A stretch of 63,649 bases of DNA, the filler included, from Rhabdomonas costata (Eukaryota): NCBI GenBank assembly GCA_019059605.1. It is 27 parts of 27 records of this genome, joined end to end, with 100 filler letters (N's around TTAATTAATTAA, not from the genome) between each part and the next. Parts side by side here need not be neighbours in the genome. Positions count along the whole stretch, not along the records: positions 11,810 to 14,071 come from JAHMHO010004443.1; positions 14,172 to 16,432 come from JAHMHO010004444.1; positions 16,533 to 18,795 come from JAHMHO010004445.1; positions 18,896 to 21,157 come from JAHMHO010004446.1; positions 21,258 to 23,518 come from JAHMHO010004447.1; positions 23,619 to 25,879 come from JAHMHO010004448.1; 21 more parts are not named here. The stretch is one strand, 5' to 3'. The position numbers and the translations under genes are program-made. The notes below the pieces were generated by a model. That model was not told where the DNA came from. It did no database searches and saw only the letters and a program-made list of their open reading frames with translations. Below are positions 11,810-24,859 of this stretch, piece by piece; positions within the stretch are counted from its first letter, which is position 1, and each line of letters opens with the position of its first letter.

Positions 11810-13816
11810 TGTGGTTGTTCAAGAAGGCTAGCCCAGAAGTCACTCCGACCACCACAAAGAACGCAGGGGAGCCCTCCTGCAGGGCCCCCATGAATGCCCG
11901 GAGATCGGTGAGGCAAGCGAATGGCAGCAAGGCTCCAGCCGACCACAGCGAGGTGTGCAGCAGGAAATTCACCTGAGCAGGGATCCCGAAACTTCGCACT
12001 TTTTCCGCCCTTTGGTTGGTAAAAATTTGCCCAAATTCATATTAGTTTTTGGGTTTAAGCAAGATGCTTGAGGCCTGTGCTCTCCAACGACCAACCTCTT
12101 AGAGCGGATCTATTGATATAACTCGCGAATTACATCTGCTGGACGCCTTTCCAATACCCAGGCCAGTTGGAGACCAGCATCCCTTCGATATTGCCCGCTA
12201 TGAATATAAATATTAGCCATAGCAAGAGTATTGTTTGCTGATAACGGAGAGGCGTGCGGGCGCAGTTATACAGCAAAAACCAAAAGATTTCCCAGACTGT
12301 CCCCAATAAAATGGCCTTGAGTTTCATTGCAGCACACCCCATTCACCTATTCAGCAGAAATTCGATATTGGTCTGAGGTAATTTCCCCAGTCTGAAAGGA
12401 CCACGACGAAGGACGTGCGGCACACTCTTGAAGCTCACAACAGCCCTCAACAACCGCGTCCCTGAGGGTGAAAATGCCCTGCTGTTTAACAACGCGGTAT
12501 AGGCAAAATGATGGATTTGCTGACACTGAAACGAAGATACCTTCCAGCACAAATAAACCAAACGAAGGAAGGAAGGGAAACGCGGTTAAACAATGACAAA
12601 CAATCGGAAACGGGTGTATGCGGATTAACCCCTCTGTGAAGGGTTTTAGTACGCAGAGTGACCTCCACGTTGCCTCCAAGTAGCACCACATGCTGTTAGA
12701 CCGTTGCTCGAAAGCCCTCACTATGGGCTTTAAAAACCACCAACATCCGTTTCACAGCGTTTCATCCAAGCTGGGTGCACTTTCACACCCACTGAGGTAA
12801 GATGACAGTTATTTTTCAGTGCTCTGCCACGTTTTTCCTCCTTCCTTCGTTTGCGCTGGAAGGTAGCTTCGTTCCCGTGCCAACGAATCCATCTTTTTGC
12901 CCGTCCCACACACATTGCTAAACAGTAGGGCTTTTCCATCCTCAGGGACGCGGTTGCTGAGGGCTGTCGAGTGCTGCATGGGAGCATTAGGTGAGCGTGT
13001 TTGGCCCCAAGAATTCTCCTTCCATCGCCCCCCGTCTGAGAAGGTGAGCGATGCCCGGAGGCATAAGTACAATTATGGGCCCCCCATCAAGTGCATTTAT
13101 GCCCCCCTCCTCACGTCGCTGTATCCCGCAATGTCCAACAAATGAAAGCTCCTAGTATTTTGTGCCGCAAAGCGCAGCGCAGACATCTTGAAAAGAGTCC
13201 CAGGGAGCACGTGCATCCCAACCTGAATCCTAGGGGTCCCGTGCATCACCCATTTCCCCATGTGTCTCCGGAAGGGGCCCATAAAAGTACAAGTTCAAAT
13301 ATGGTAGACCCACCAGACTGCCGGGATTCTACTGCTTGTTAACCCGAAACCCCTCTGCTCTGTGGTGTCGGTTAACCGATTTTGTGGGCTTCTTTTGTGT
13401 CTGCCACAGTGGGTCTCTGGGCATGCCGAAACCACAAGCAGTTCAAGCCTCCCCATTTGTATGTTTCTGACTTGAGACAGAGTGGACATTATCTATTATC
13501 TGGGCTGGTGTGGTGGCACATCCACCACAAATATTCAGGTACTCGGTTCCACCCACCCAGTGAATCCCATGGAAGGTATTCGGAATTCGTGCCCCCTCCT
13601 CTCGCAACCCACAATCACAACCACTGACCGGATCGAACTTGAGACCCTGGGTCATAGAGGTCTCCGACAGGATCAGCTGCACCGCCGCCACGAGGGCGCT
13701 GCACATGCAAAACGCGCACCCGTAGACGTTGAAGTGCGGGTTCTCGTAAACCGTGCACACCACCCCAACAGAGATCATCGTGAAGGCCACCCACATCCGG
13801 TTACTGTACACCGACC
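11810..13816 (-). CDS. Triose-phosphate/nucleotide-sugar transporter family (SLC35E-like), exons 13816-13629 and 11972-11810
   Basis: ISVGVVCTVYENPHFNVYGCAFCMCS...LKFDP|VNFLLHTS...TSGLAFLNN; hydrophobic helices, GT-AG intron 13628-11973. Confidence 0.8.
12438..12970. mobile_element. Diverged fold-back (MITE-like) element inside the transporter intron
   Basis: ~12438-12604 is an imperfect reverse complement of ~12805-12970 (e.g. caaccgcgtccctgagg / cctcagggacgcggttg; taccttccagc / gctggaaggta). Hairpin aaagccc-tcactat-gggcttt lies near the centre (12711-12731). Confidence 0.65.
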
Positions 13817-14418
13817 CTGAGGCAGAACCCCCCATCCCTATCGGCACATTCCCGATTTCTCGGTACATCATTGAACAGGAAAGGCGTTCACCTGGGAACC
13901 TACACAAAACTCCTGGCCAAACTTTTTGAATTATAACGTTCGCACAACACTTCAACGAAACGCAGGTGATGCCTTAATAATAATATGACAAGATCAACGT
14001 CATGGGAGTGCTTGGGATGCAGAAATCTAGGCTAAAGACGTAATATAGAACAGGGTGGTGAAAAAAAAACCNNNNNNNNNNNNNNNNNNNNNNNNNNNNN
14101 NNNNNNNNNNNNNNNTTAATTAATTAANNNNNNNNNNNNNNNNNNNNNNNNNNNNNNNNNNNNNNNNNNNNTGTGTTGGGTTTTTTTGGGTGTGCGTGAC
14201 GAGTACTTTTACCTTTCACTTCTCCTTCCTTTTACTTCCTTCGCCCTGCAGACACAACTGTCCCTAAGTCAAAGAAGAATGCCTGCTGTGTACGAAACAC
14301 CCCAGGCCACTTCTAGTCTGCTTGCCCACAATGAGTTGCTGCGCGGGGTAACACTCACTTAGCAACATTTCCCCCGTGCCCGAAAGGGGCCATATCAAAA
14401 AAACTTAAAATAAAATAA

Positions 14419-16269
14419 ATGAAGTTATTTGTTATTTTGTTATTTGTTTTAATCCTCCACTGCCGAAACGACCCCCCTCCCCAAACTTGCGAAAAGCCGT
14501 TCTATTCCGCGACGACGAGGCAGGAGTTTCATGCTCACAAGAGATCACCGTTCCACTGTTTTTCGTACCCTTTCGTACCCACACCCAGGTCATTTTTCTG
14601 GCTTGCGTCCTGTCCTTTGCCGTGATCGTCATGGTCAGCGGCAAGAAGGACAAGGCAGCGCAAGTCACCCACAAGGTGTTGTCTTGAGGTTACCTCGACC
14701 AACTTTTCTTGCTTTCTTGTTCTGAGGTTTTCTTTTTTCTTACAGGTGTTCTTCGACATTGAAATTGGCGGCAAAAAAGAAGGTTCACCTCTCCGTGGGT
14801 CTGTTTGCTCAACACACACGCCGGGTTGAACCTTTTTTCGGCTTGTTTTTCTCAGGTCGTATTGTGTTGGGTTTGTACGGCAAAACGGTGCCGAAGACAG
14901 TTGAGAACTTCCGCCAACTTTGTATCCTCTTTTATTGCTATTTTCGTTTTCTGTTTCTCGTGGTGGCAGGGAACAACAGAAACCTTGTCTTCATCCTCTT
15001 CCCCCAAGCTGGACTCTCTTCTCTTTTTTGATGCGTCTGGTGTTCCTCAACAGGCACTCATGAGAAGGGGTTCGGCTACCGTGGGTCCACTTTTCACCGG
15101 GTGATCACCAACTTCATGATTCAGGGAGGAGGTGTTTTGTGGGTAGTGGGAAGTGGGGTCTTTTCTTGGGACAGGTTAAAAGACAAGACGCCCTGCAAGC
15201 GTTCACGTCTGAACAGCGAACGCTATTCAACGAACATTTTATGAATGGCGACTGGCGCGAATAGCGGGGCGGGGGGCAAAGGGTATCGTTAGTTTGACCT
15301 GGAGGGAATTGTTTCTGGTTTGCTAGAGGGCAAGAAGGAACGAACCAGTGAATGTGCATCGCACAAGCAGTACGGCGGTCAGCGCCCAGTTGGGGGCATG
15401 TTGTGGGAGTGGTTAGCATGCAGTCTTTCGTTGGCCTCCGGTCTCCCCTTATCTCGGGCGCTTTTAAAGGAAAACGACAGGGCAAGAAGAAAACGCTCCT
15501 TTTGGCAATAAAAATCCGGTTTTTTTGTAAACAGGTAGGCAAGAGATGGACCCGATACACCTTGTTGAGTCATCAGGAAAATATTGCGCAATTTTGCAGT
15601 TGAAGTTGAACTTTGAACTTTGATTCTGAGCTGCCCAACTTCGAATTTGTTCGCTTTCAACTTTGAATGTCTGAATTTAACCATGTTCTTTCCCAGAAGA
15701 TGCGGTGCTTGCATTTTTGCTGCTTTTGCTACCGTTGCGTCACTGAACTTTGAATTGAACTTTGAACTGGTCACATTGACTTGAACTTTGGAGACTTTGC
15801 AATCATCTGGCACTCCATTCTGTTGTTGGCTTCCTTCCGAACGTTACGTGCACCCAAAAACTGCAGATTTCACCAATCACGACGGCACCGGCGGGAAGTC
15901 CATCTACGGCGCGCGCTTCCCCGACGAGAACTTCAAGCTGAAGCACACTGGCCCAGGACTGCTGTCGTATGTTGCCTTTAGCCCCACCTGATGCAAGGAG
16001 AGCCTCTGATCGAACCGACCCCAACTCAGGTTCCAGATTTTTGGGGTCGCCCCTCCAAAACATGCCGCGGCCGAACAAACCGCAAATACCCGTTGAATAC
16101 CCGCTGAAGAAGCTCCAAACCCACTTTCTTACGGGGCGGTGCACTGTTTGCAAAAGCAAATGTCCCCCGAGAGAATGATTTTATTTTTCGCTTTTGCCTT
16201 TTTTTGACTCTTTGCCTTTCGTTTTTTTTTAGGATGGCAAACGCCGGAAAGGACACCAACGGGTCTCAG
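14419..16269 (+). CDS. PPIB: Secretory-pathway cyclophilin (CypB-like), partial; exons 14419-14430?, 14589-14675, 14746-14782, 14856-14921, 15054-15131, 15867-15966, 16233-16269
   Basis: Spliced product: signal peptide, then [13 protein letters not shown]...[23 protein letters not shown]...[16 protein letters not shown]...GGKSIYG...[29 protein letters not shown]. All junctions are GT-AG and phase-compatible; the first mini-exon is tentative. Confidence 0.95.
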
Positions 16270-17566
16270 GTGATACGGGAGGGCCCTTGAAGTGGGAGGA
16301 ACTTCGCTTGTGGCAGCAAGCCAATAGATTTCCTGCTGACTCTTGTACTCATACACCCTTGACCCCGCACACACAGACACTCACACAAACTCAACAGAAC
16401 GAAAGCGTCGTTATTATCCATACCCAAACACCNNNNNNNNNNNNNNNNNNNNNNNNNNNNNNNNNNNNNNNNNNNNTTAATTAATTAANNNNNNNNNNNN
16501 NNNNNNNNNNNNNNNNNNNNNNNNNNNNNNNNGTGGTGTGGGGTGGGACCACTTTCTTCGGCCCAAAACCCGGCCCTATTCGCTGGGTGACATCCGAAAT
16601 GGTCACTCGCGGACCGGACCGGAGACCTAACATTGACCTCAGAACCCGAGCTAGAGTGACGGGTTGAGGCTCACATTTGGTGGTACGGTAGTACTCCCGA
16701 GATGAGTTGGTTGGCCGCTTCCCGGCCTCGGAGTCCTTCTCTACACCGAGATATGCCCATCAAGGTCCCATTTTGGTCCTTAGGGCATTTTTGACTTACA
16801 AAAATTTCAAGGTTGCGTAGCGGCCTGGATTCTGATACCCAGATACTGGTTCACGAACGTGAACCACAGGTGGTTCACGGGGGGGTGTCGAGTTTCATCT
16901 TAAACCCAACTCTTGCTGCTTACCGTAAATTTTCATGATTCAAAACATACAGCAGATATCGATTATTTTTTTTGGTACAGAGAAGTACCCATCGGCCCAT
17001 TCATTATGATGCTTAATATTGCTGGATGGATAGTTCCCACAGATGGAGATAAAGAAATGGCTTTGAAGAAAATTCTGAAAAGAAGAAGAGCTCTTATTTC
17101 TGAACCAACAGTCAGAAACTCTAATTGTAAGATTTTAATTCCTGCGTCTCTATTTTGCTGTCATGGTTTTGCTGAAGATTAAGTGGGGTGGGAAATGGCT
17201 GGATGTATGAAACATGTTTTTGTGGGATTGTGTACACTTCTCCTTTTGCTCTTGTTTTGGATAAGACGAAAGAGCAGCCATCACGGAAAAAGCCTGAGGC
17301 GGTAACCTTGCTTTGGGATCACGTTTTCTTCTTTCGTAACAATGTGGTGCTTTTAGTTTTTTTTTAAGTCTGCTCCAAGCACTAGAATGCAGCAAGGTGA
17401 TCTCACGGTGAGACCCGAAGAATCGGACAAGTGAACACAACGAAAAGTCCTTCGGAAACTTTCGTTTCCCAGGAGAAGGCAACGGGAGGAAAGGTACACA
17501 AATGTTTTCTTTTTCACAACCAACAAACAAACTTACTAAAAAGTATGTAAGGGAGAAGAACGCTGG

Positions 17567-18795
17567 ATGACAGCGGAGTGGCGGAAGGGTTTAGTGAGAG
17601 CTGAGAGGTCGCACGAACGCAACAACACGAGAGCGGGAGGTAGCTGGTGCAAACGGGAGGCCGCGTCAGGGGCATTTTGGTGCCCCGCAGTGTTTCAGTC
17701 CACCGCTCTCCACACAAACCCATCCTCTTTTGAAACCACTGATTTCCCAGCCCACCCGCCGTCTTGGGCTCCTCATCTTGCGTCTCAGCTGGAACTCGCC
17801 GCACAACAGCTGCACACAATCCTCCCCGGTCGCGTAAACGCACACGTACTGTCGCGGATGCTGCAGATCATCGTTTCCCCTCCCGACGCCGGAGACTCGT
17901 TTTGCATGGGTCAGACACAACTCCCTCCGACTAGTGAGGCTCTTTCCCGGGGCTTGGGACCATGTGGTCATGCTACTCTCCCGCTGAGCCTGTGGCTTTC
18001 CCACCGCCTTCCGCTTCATCTCCCTTCCCACCCTCCTCTTCTTTTCCGCAAAGCTCCCAACCGCCACTCAGCCTTCTTCCAGACCTTATGTGCCGCTTCT
18101 CTTCTCTCCCCTTCCTCCTATCCTTATGGTTCTCCCACTTTTCTCACTCTCTAGTCCGCGGTGAAGGCTCGGCTGATTTGTGACCTGCGTTTCTGCAACT
18201 CCCTTTCTGTTTCACTCATTTCAAAACCACCCGCCTTTTCTTTACCACAGCTGGAATCACTGTTCACCTCACGCTCCGGTCCTACTCTCTATTTTACCAA
18301 ACTGGACATCACAAATTGCTTCTGGTCCATCTCTCTCCCCTCCGCTGTGCGCGGTGCATTCACTCTTCAATCTCCTCTTGGAATACTCTCTTCTCGGCGC
18401 TTACCTTTCGGCTGGACCTGGTCTCCTCTCCTTGCTCACTCATACATTCAGTCTCTCCTTGAACCTCTCCAACGCATTCTCCCGACTATCTTTCAGTACA
18501 TTGACGACCTTCTTCTCTCACACGCTGACCCCTGCTTCCTCACCTTTTGCACGCACTATGCTGCGCACCTCCTCCAGAGCGCTGGCTTCTTGCTGAACGA
18601 GAAGAGTTCTTTCACTCCCTCTACCAATATCATCTGGCTAGGCAAACTGATCGAATCCTCTCCCCTCCCTCTGATTTCCAATCCCTCTTCCACTCTCTCG
18701 AAACTGTTCTCTTCGCTGACAACCCTCTTTCTCCGCCCTGTATTCTTCAGAGAAGCTGTGTTCTCGGCCTCTGTCAATGGCTCTCCCGCCCATCT
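17567..18795 (+). mobile_element. DIRS/Ngaro-like (tyrosine-recombinase retrotransposon) reverse transcriptase with one in-frame stop
   Basis: KARLICDLR, KLDITNCFW, LPFGWTWSP, YIDDLLL, GFLLNEKS...WLGK. Intronless and C/T-rich. ORFs 17567 and 18161 share a frame, separated by TAG at 18152-18154. Confidence 0.8.
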
Positions 18796-19577
18796 NNNNN
18801 NNNNNNNNNNNNNNNNNNNNNNNNNNNNNNNNNNNNNNNTTAATTAATTAANNNNNNNNNNNNNNNNNNNNNNNNNNNNNNNNNNNNNNNNNNNNTTTTG
18901 CATACTAAGAAAAACTGTATAGTGAAAATAGACAAAGCTCAACTTGAAAAGGATCCTCTCCACAAAAAATTCCCAACTTTCTGCACACCTGAGCCTCATT
19001 GATCCTTTAAGAAATAGTCCTCCCCCTTAGTTTCTTCTTCCTCGCTTGTGAAGTCCAGGAGGCCCCAAAAACGAGTTGTTTGACGTGTTTACCTTGTCCA
19101 ATCTAGAAACGAGGCGACCAATTTCCAGTGTCCCGTGCCGCAGGAAAGTCATTCAAGGGAATGGAATGCACCCGAAGGCCTTGGTCTCCCCGTCCTCCCT
19201 GGTCACAGTGAGGTCAAAAAGTCGATAGTGTTTCCAAAAACGACAGTGAACAATAATTTAAAGGTGATTAGCAATGTAGATACTGGTTTCGTGTTTTTTT
19301 GGTGATAAAAAATGATAGCAAACACCAGCACCAGGGGGGCAGACCAAGTCCCCCCCCCTCAGTCCTCTCTATCTCTCTTTCTCTGGGCGCTTTCCATTCT
19401 CGTGCATTACTTTCGTGAAAATTGCTCTCGGTCTCCTGCTCACTGTTCTGTTCGGGGTTCTTTTTTTGACATTTTCTATATATTGGTGAATGTGTCTTTT
19501 GAGTTTGTGAGTGCACGTGCAGGTGAGGTCCACAAAAAAAAGCCGAGAAGGAGAGCCAGATATAACAATGAAGATAC

Positions 19578-20968
19578 CGAATCACCTTCACCACGGCGAC
19601 AAGGAGAGAACCGAAGCAGATCGACCCAAATGAGTTCAGTGAGGCGCGGGAGAAGGAATCCCGCACCACACCCTGCGTGCCGCTTGGCAGGAAGTACCAC
19701 ATCGCAGCCACTCCGCAGGCAGTAGTGAATACCACGTTGGCAAACACCTCCTCTGTCCCTGTCGAGCAGGAGCGAAGGAAACGTGCTACTCCGCGGCATG
19801 TACAGCCCTGCATTTCTTCATCTTTTTCTGTATCCAACCCAAAGCAAACAATCAACAGGTTTCTTGGTTTTCAAGCGGGAGAAAGCTGCGAAATCGAAAT
19901 CAGAAGGGTGTTTAAAAAATTCAGGATGGTTTGAAAGACATGTACGACCGCACAAGTTCACATGACCGCCAACAAAACGGAAAACATAGAGCAAATGTAC
20001 GCGAAAGTGTGATTGAAATTGAAACCGAAAGCTCCCATACAAAAGAAGGCCATCCAGCAAAAGATCCACGTCCAGCGGTGGCGCTGCGAGAACACCAACA
20101 GTAGAACAAAGAAGAAGATGTAGATCACAAAGCACAGGTTCTGCCACAGGGGCACCCACAGCACAGCAGGGTGGCTCGCAACGATCGTGGTGGAGCACCG
20201 GAGCAGGAGCACAGCCAAGGGAATGCGGCTCCTCACAGTCCAAATCCTGCGACCCGCCCCGACAGATTCAAAAGATTAATGAAAGCACCGATTGGGAAAC
20301 GTAAAAGAAAAAAGTAAGGGTTACTCTCGCCCCCATACTCAACGCTGGCGACAACAAATGAAAAAATACAGCTGTCGGGAGGGTGGCGTAACACTTGTGC
20401 TGACAAACCAGAAGCTGTACAGGGCTGCCACAATCAGGATGCAAATAAAAGAAGCCAACGAGCTGAGGAGGGTGACAAAAGCCACAGCAACTAAGCCCGC
20501 CACGATCAGCAAGTTGCACCCGAGCACAAAGCCAGCGGGAAAGCAATGCATTCCCGCTATGAGCAGGAGGCCTCCCACACAGGGCATGCCGAACATCAGC
20601 GCGAGCCAACCCCAGACTCCGGCAGGAGTGGGAATGATCTCTGCAACAAGGGAAGCATGACAACCCCACGGCATTTGCCAATTCGACAAGTGTGAAGTAA
20701 AAAAGTGAGCACGAAAGGTAAAGGCTTAAATGGAGAATAAATTCTGTCCAAACCCTTTGCATGGATTAGAATGAGGGAGACCTTCCACATTGATGTCCCC
20801 CAGATAAAGCTGGTAGGAAGCCAGGGCGAGGGTGATAATGAACTGGAGTATCCAGATTATTCCGAAGCCCATGTCATGGTAATATGTGGCGGTGAATTTT
20901 GCCGGGGGCATGTTGGGAATCCCCACAGCGAGCGGAGGTGTAGCCCCAAGAGGCGGAGTAATCTGCAT
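19578..20968 (-). CDS. Choline transporter-like (CTL/SLC44/Pns1) protein, first four exons
   Basis: YHDMGFGIIW, WTVRSRIPLAVLLL, FFW|TEEVFANVVFTTACGVAAMWYF, SFGSICFGSLLVA. Three phase-compatible GT-AG introns. Confidence 0.9.
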
Positions 20969-21257
20969 CTCGTAAAAACCGAGAAACAGAACCACCAAAA
21001 CTTTTGACAAAGAAAAGTGGGACACCAAAAACAAGTCTGGAAGGGAGGATGGAAAACACAAAATGCGTTCCGACCGCTTCACTCAGCCTCACCTCCTCTT
21101 CCCACCTGTCCTGCTTCCTCCCTCTTGTGTTTGCCCAAAACCTCAATGTCAACCAACNNNNNNNNNNNNNNNNNNNNNNNNNNNNNNNNNNNNNNNNNNN
21201 NTTAATTAATTAANNNNNNNNNNNNNNNNNNNNNNNNNNNNNNNNNNNNNNNNNNNN

Positions 21258-23016
21258 GGTTGTGGGGAAGGTGCACGGTGCTCGAGGGGGGGCTCTCTCG
21301 CGGGGTGGGCAGGTATTCCAACTCCTCCGCAGGGTGGCCAGGGCATGGCCTTGGAAAGCTCAGCGTGAAGTGCAGCAGGCTGCCTCCCTGGCCGGTCGCC
21401 GTGGTGGTGGAGGAGGTGGAGTTGTGGTCGTCCGCGAGGGGTGGCTGCGGGCCCTCCATCCAGGGGCAGCATACCCGCAGCTCTCCCCCCATAAGACGGA
21501 CCAGGCTGTGGGAGATATTCAGTCCAAGGCCTGCACAAGGAGAATCCAGCAAAGAAATGATGGAGGTGCGAAGGCAACACGACCAACACCTTCATCATAG
21601 CCGCAGGATGGCTACAAGTCGTGCAGGAGTTCCACGGGGGGAACGTTTCTTAAAGGTTTCTTAAAGGTTCTGGAGGTGACCAAACCTTCGGGCAGTCAGC
21701 CAGAAAAGCAGACGCACAAATAAGAACAGAGTGGAAGCTTCTTCACTTTGAACTGTATCCACCTGGCAAATGTGAGAATCCACAATGTATAGCATGAGAT
21801 AATTTTCAACGTAAATTGAGGAAAAAAGTCTGCACAGCGATTCAGAGCATTGCTGATGTGCGACACAAAGAGAGAACGAAATGAAAAAACAGCCGCACCT
21901 GACCCAAATCGAATGGCAAATGCTGCGCTGGACGAGAATGCACTGTCCTGTTTCTCCTTCGAAAGCCCCGGGCCCGTGTCCGCAACCTGCAAATGCACCA
22001 TATGCACCACACCATAGAACAAGAAAAGCGTTACGACCACCAGCACGTCTTTTATCAAGTAACTAAGATTGCGTTGAAAAGGCTGATGATGGTAACGGTA
22101 AACAAGGACCAAGTAGGACTTCAACAAAGCCAGGAAGTTTGACTTGGGAATCACAACCCGTGCGGAAAATATATGTACGTGAGGGGGGGGGCGCAGCTAA
22201 GCGGGAGTTGCACCAATTTTAACTCCATGCCCCGATCAACTAGCTCAAGGTGCAACAAGACCTCCAATTGACAGCAGCGAATGCGCAAGGCCAGGCTAAT
22301 GGTTCTTGTCGCCCAGCAACCAACCCCGCACACGTACCCGAACGAGCACAAAATGAAACGCACGAAACCTGCAGCTGCACACGAACCAGGCTGCCCAAAT
22401 CCTGGATAAAGGCGTAGAGCCGAACAAAGCCTGCGGTGGTGACCTGACAGGCGTTGGTCAGCAGATTCACCAAGACCTGAGGAATTTGGGTGTTATGTGT
22501 GTATGGGGCAACAAGGCGAAACTACGCGACATTTCTAAAACAGATGACGATTTCTGCGTTGATCCACGATTTAAATTCGATCTAAAGTGCTGATCTCTAT
22601 AGACTAACAACTTTGGAGCAGAAGGAGGGCAAGTTATGCTCTGACAATGCACCAATAGAGGCGTTTGACCGCCGAATGTGCGGAAAAACGAACAGTAACG
22701 CTAAAAAGGACACATTTGCGCTGCTTTTACGCACTATCGCTTTAATACCGTAGCAAGGGCAGAGAGCTTTTCTTGGCATAATGTTTCCGAAGAAAAGAAA
22801 AATGAATAAGGGAGATGCAGCTACCTGCTGCAAGTGGTACGGGGAGCCCAGCAACTCCAGAGTCGAGGAATCTGGGGTGGGTCGCACCACCAGATCCATA
22901 GTCACTCCCCGAGCCAGGAGGTGCCTGGCGCAGTCCAGGCTCAGCCCTAGCAGCCCTAACAGGTCGAAGGGCACGGAATCCAACATGACCTTCCCAATCT
23001 GAAGGTTGTAGGCGTC
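21258..23016 (-). CDS. Histidine kinase HATPase_c region, at least 4 exons
   Basis: GKVMLDSVPFDL...GSPYHLQQ|VLVNLLTNA (N box)...VQLQ|VADTGPG (G1)...FGSG|LGLNISHSLVRLMGGEL (G2)...HFTL, joined by GT-AG introns. Confidence 0.88.
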
Positions 23017-23751
23017 CTGTGGCGGGACAAAGGTATGAAAACGAAAGGGAAAAGGAAAGAAAACAACAGCGATAAAGTGCAAGAGTCTATATATAGAGGG
23101 AGAGTGTGCACATTTTCCCGAAAGAAAAAGAGAAACAAGAGAGACCAGTCCACAAAACTCTGGATCGCTGGCTTGTACGAAAGTGCAGCTCGGCAGTATT
23201 GGGGATTGCAAAACACAGAAGAGAGCGCACGGAACTGCGAAGAAGCCAGATGGGGGAGGAAAATGCGAAATCCGAATACAGCATCCGCGCTTGCATCAAT
23301 GCGAACAGCATCGCTGTCATGATTCGGGCAACTCTAAAGAACCAAAGAGATTCATGGAAGGTAAATATAAAGGTAAATATGGAGGGTAAGAGGGGACCGG
23401 TTTGTTCTGCATTAGCAAACCGGGAATAACCCCACCGGCCCCGACGGCCTCGGCGTCGGCGACATTGACAGTTGCACCCTACCACCGAATCCATTCAATC
23501 ACTTTTACACCCCCCACCNNNNNNNNNNNNNNNNNNNNNNNNNNNNNNNNNNNNNNNNNNNNTTAATTAATTAANNNNNNNNNNNNNNNNNNNNNNNNNN
23601 NNNNNNNNNNNNNNNNNNGTGTGGGTGTCAGACACAGCTGGCGGGATGGGAGGGCCGGGGGAGGATGGTGAGGCAAGCGAGGGAAAGGAGGACAGGGAAG
23701 GTGAATCTCTCCGAAACAGCATACAAAAGAAAGAGAGAGAGGGCAGCTTAC

Positions 23752-23929
23752 CGATCATCATGAAGGTGGTTACGGTACGAACCAGAAACGAATTCAATCC
23801 AGAGTCCTTGTCTTTGGACGGGGCAGCGGGGGCCGCACTGCCCTCAGTAGAAGAACTGCCGCCAGCGTCTCCACCACTCTTGGGCCGCTTTCGCAGCTGA
23901 GGGCCCTTGCCCTGCTCTGTGCCCGACAT
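23752..23929 (-). CDS. CDS1: Phosphatidate cytidylyltransferase (CDP-DAG synthase), first exon
   Basis: MSGTEQ...LRKR, low-complexity N-terminus, then NSFLVRTVTTFMMIG matching the eukaryotic CDS xRxxxTxxMIxxF motif. Donor GTAAGC follows. Confidence 0.65.
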
Positions 23930-24859
23930 TCTTGCAGTTTCTGGGATCACCAAGCAACAAAATAAAAAGAACTGAAAAACTGAGAGAAGCAAAAAGAAAG
24001 GACCACAAGGGAGCTGCAACAAGTGTGAAGATAAAATGCTCAGAACGCATATGTGTGTATTGCAAAAGTCAATTAAGTGAACCTTCACACTGGTACAAAA
24101 CCTTCGCTTACCGTGTCAACATCAGATCACACAGATCACATCACATGCCTACAGTATGAATGAAACAGAGTTGAAGCGCAGCAAAAAGTAGAATAAAAAG
24201 GTTTTCTGCGCTGGAGTTCCATCGCTGTGAAGCTGCGAAGCTACAACTCATGGGAAACGTGGCAAGCCATGAGCAGTGATCGGGTGGAAATGAAAAAAAT
24301 GCGACATCAACCGCATACCAGTGGTACACTGGTCGTTCGTTCGACCTGGTATACAACTTCGGTACCCAAAATCATCCGCAGCCCAAGTTTCAGGGATCAT
24401 CAAAGTACGATGAATCCACTGATGCATTTCTCAAAGCGGCAAGTTAACGGCACATTTTCATGGTTTCAAATGTACTTTGCAGGGTGCTGGTACAGCGTTT
24501 TAACTGAACTGGAAAGAGAAGCAGGTCCCTTAGATCCACCAACTGTTACAACTCCCGAGGGCATTGCATACGAAGAGATCACAAGAACACCAAATTAAAA
24601 AGCATTCTAAGTGATACTGCGTTGCAGCGGAACAATCGAAAGGATGGGGAGGGGAAACGTCAGCAATGACTCACCTCCACACCAATACAAGGACAGAAGT
24701 GGGTCGGGGAGGTGAGTAAGTTGGGCTGCAAAGGCGTCCAGGCAACCGCATCACCCCAAAGGGACCTTGATAACATCACAGGTCCCAGCGAAATATGAGC
24801 TTGGCTGAGCTGGGCAACCGGGTAAGAAAGGGGCATGGGAGATCCAAAGGTGGGGCAGC

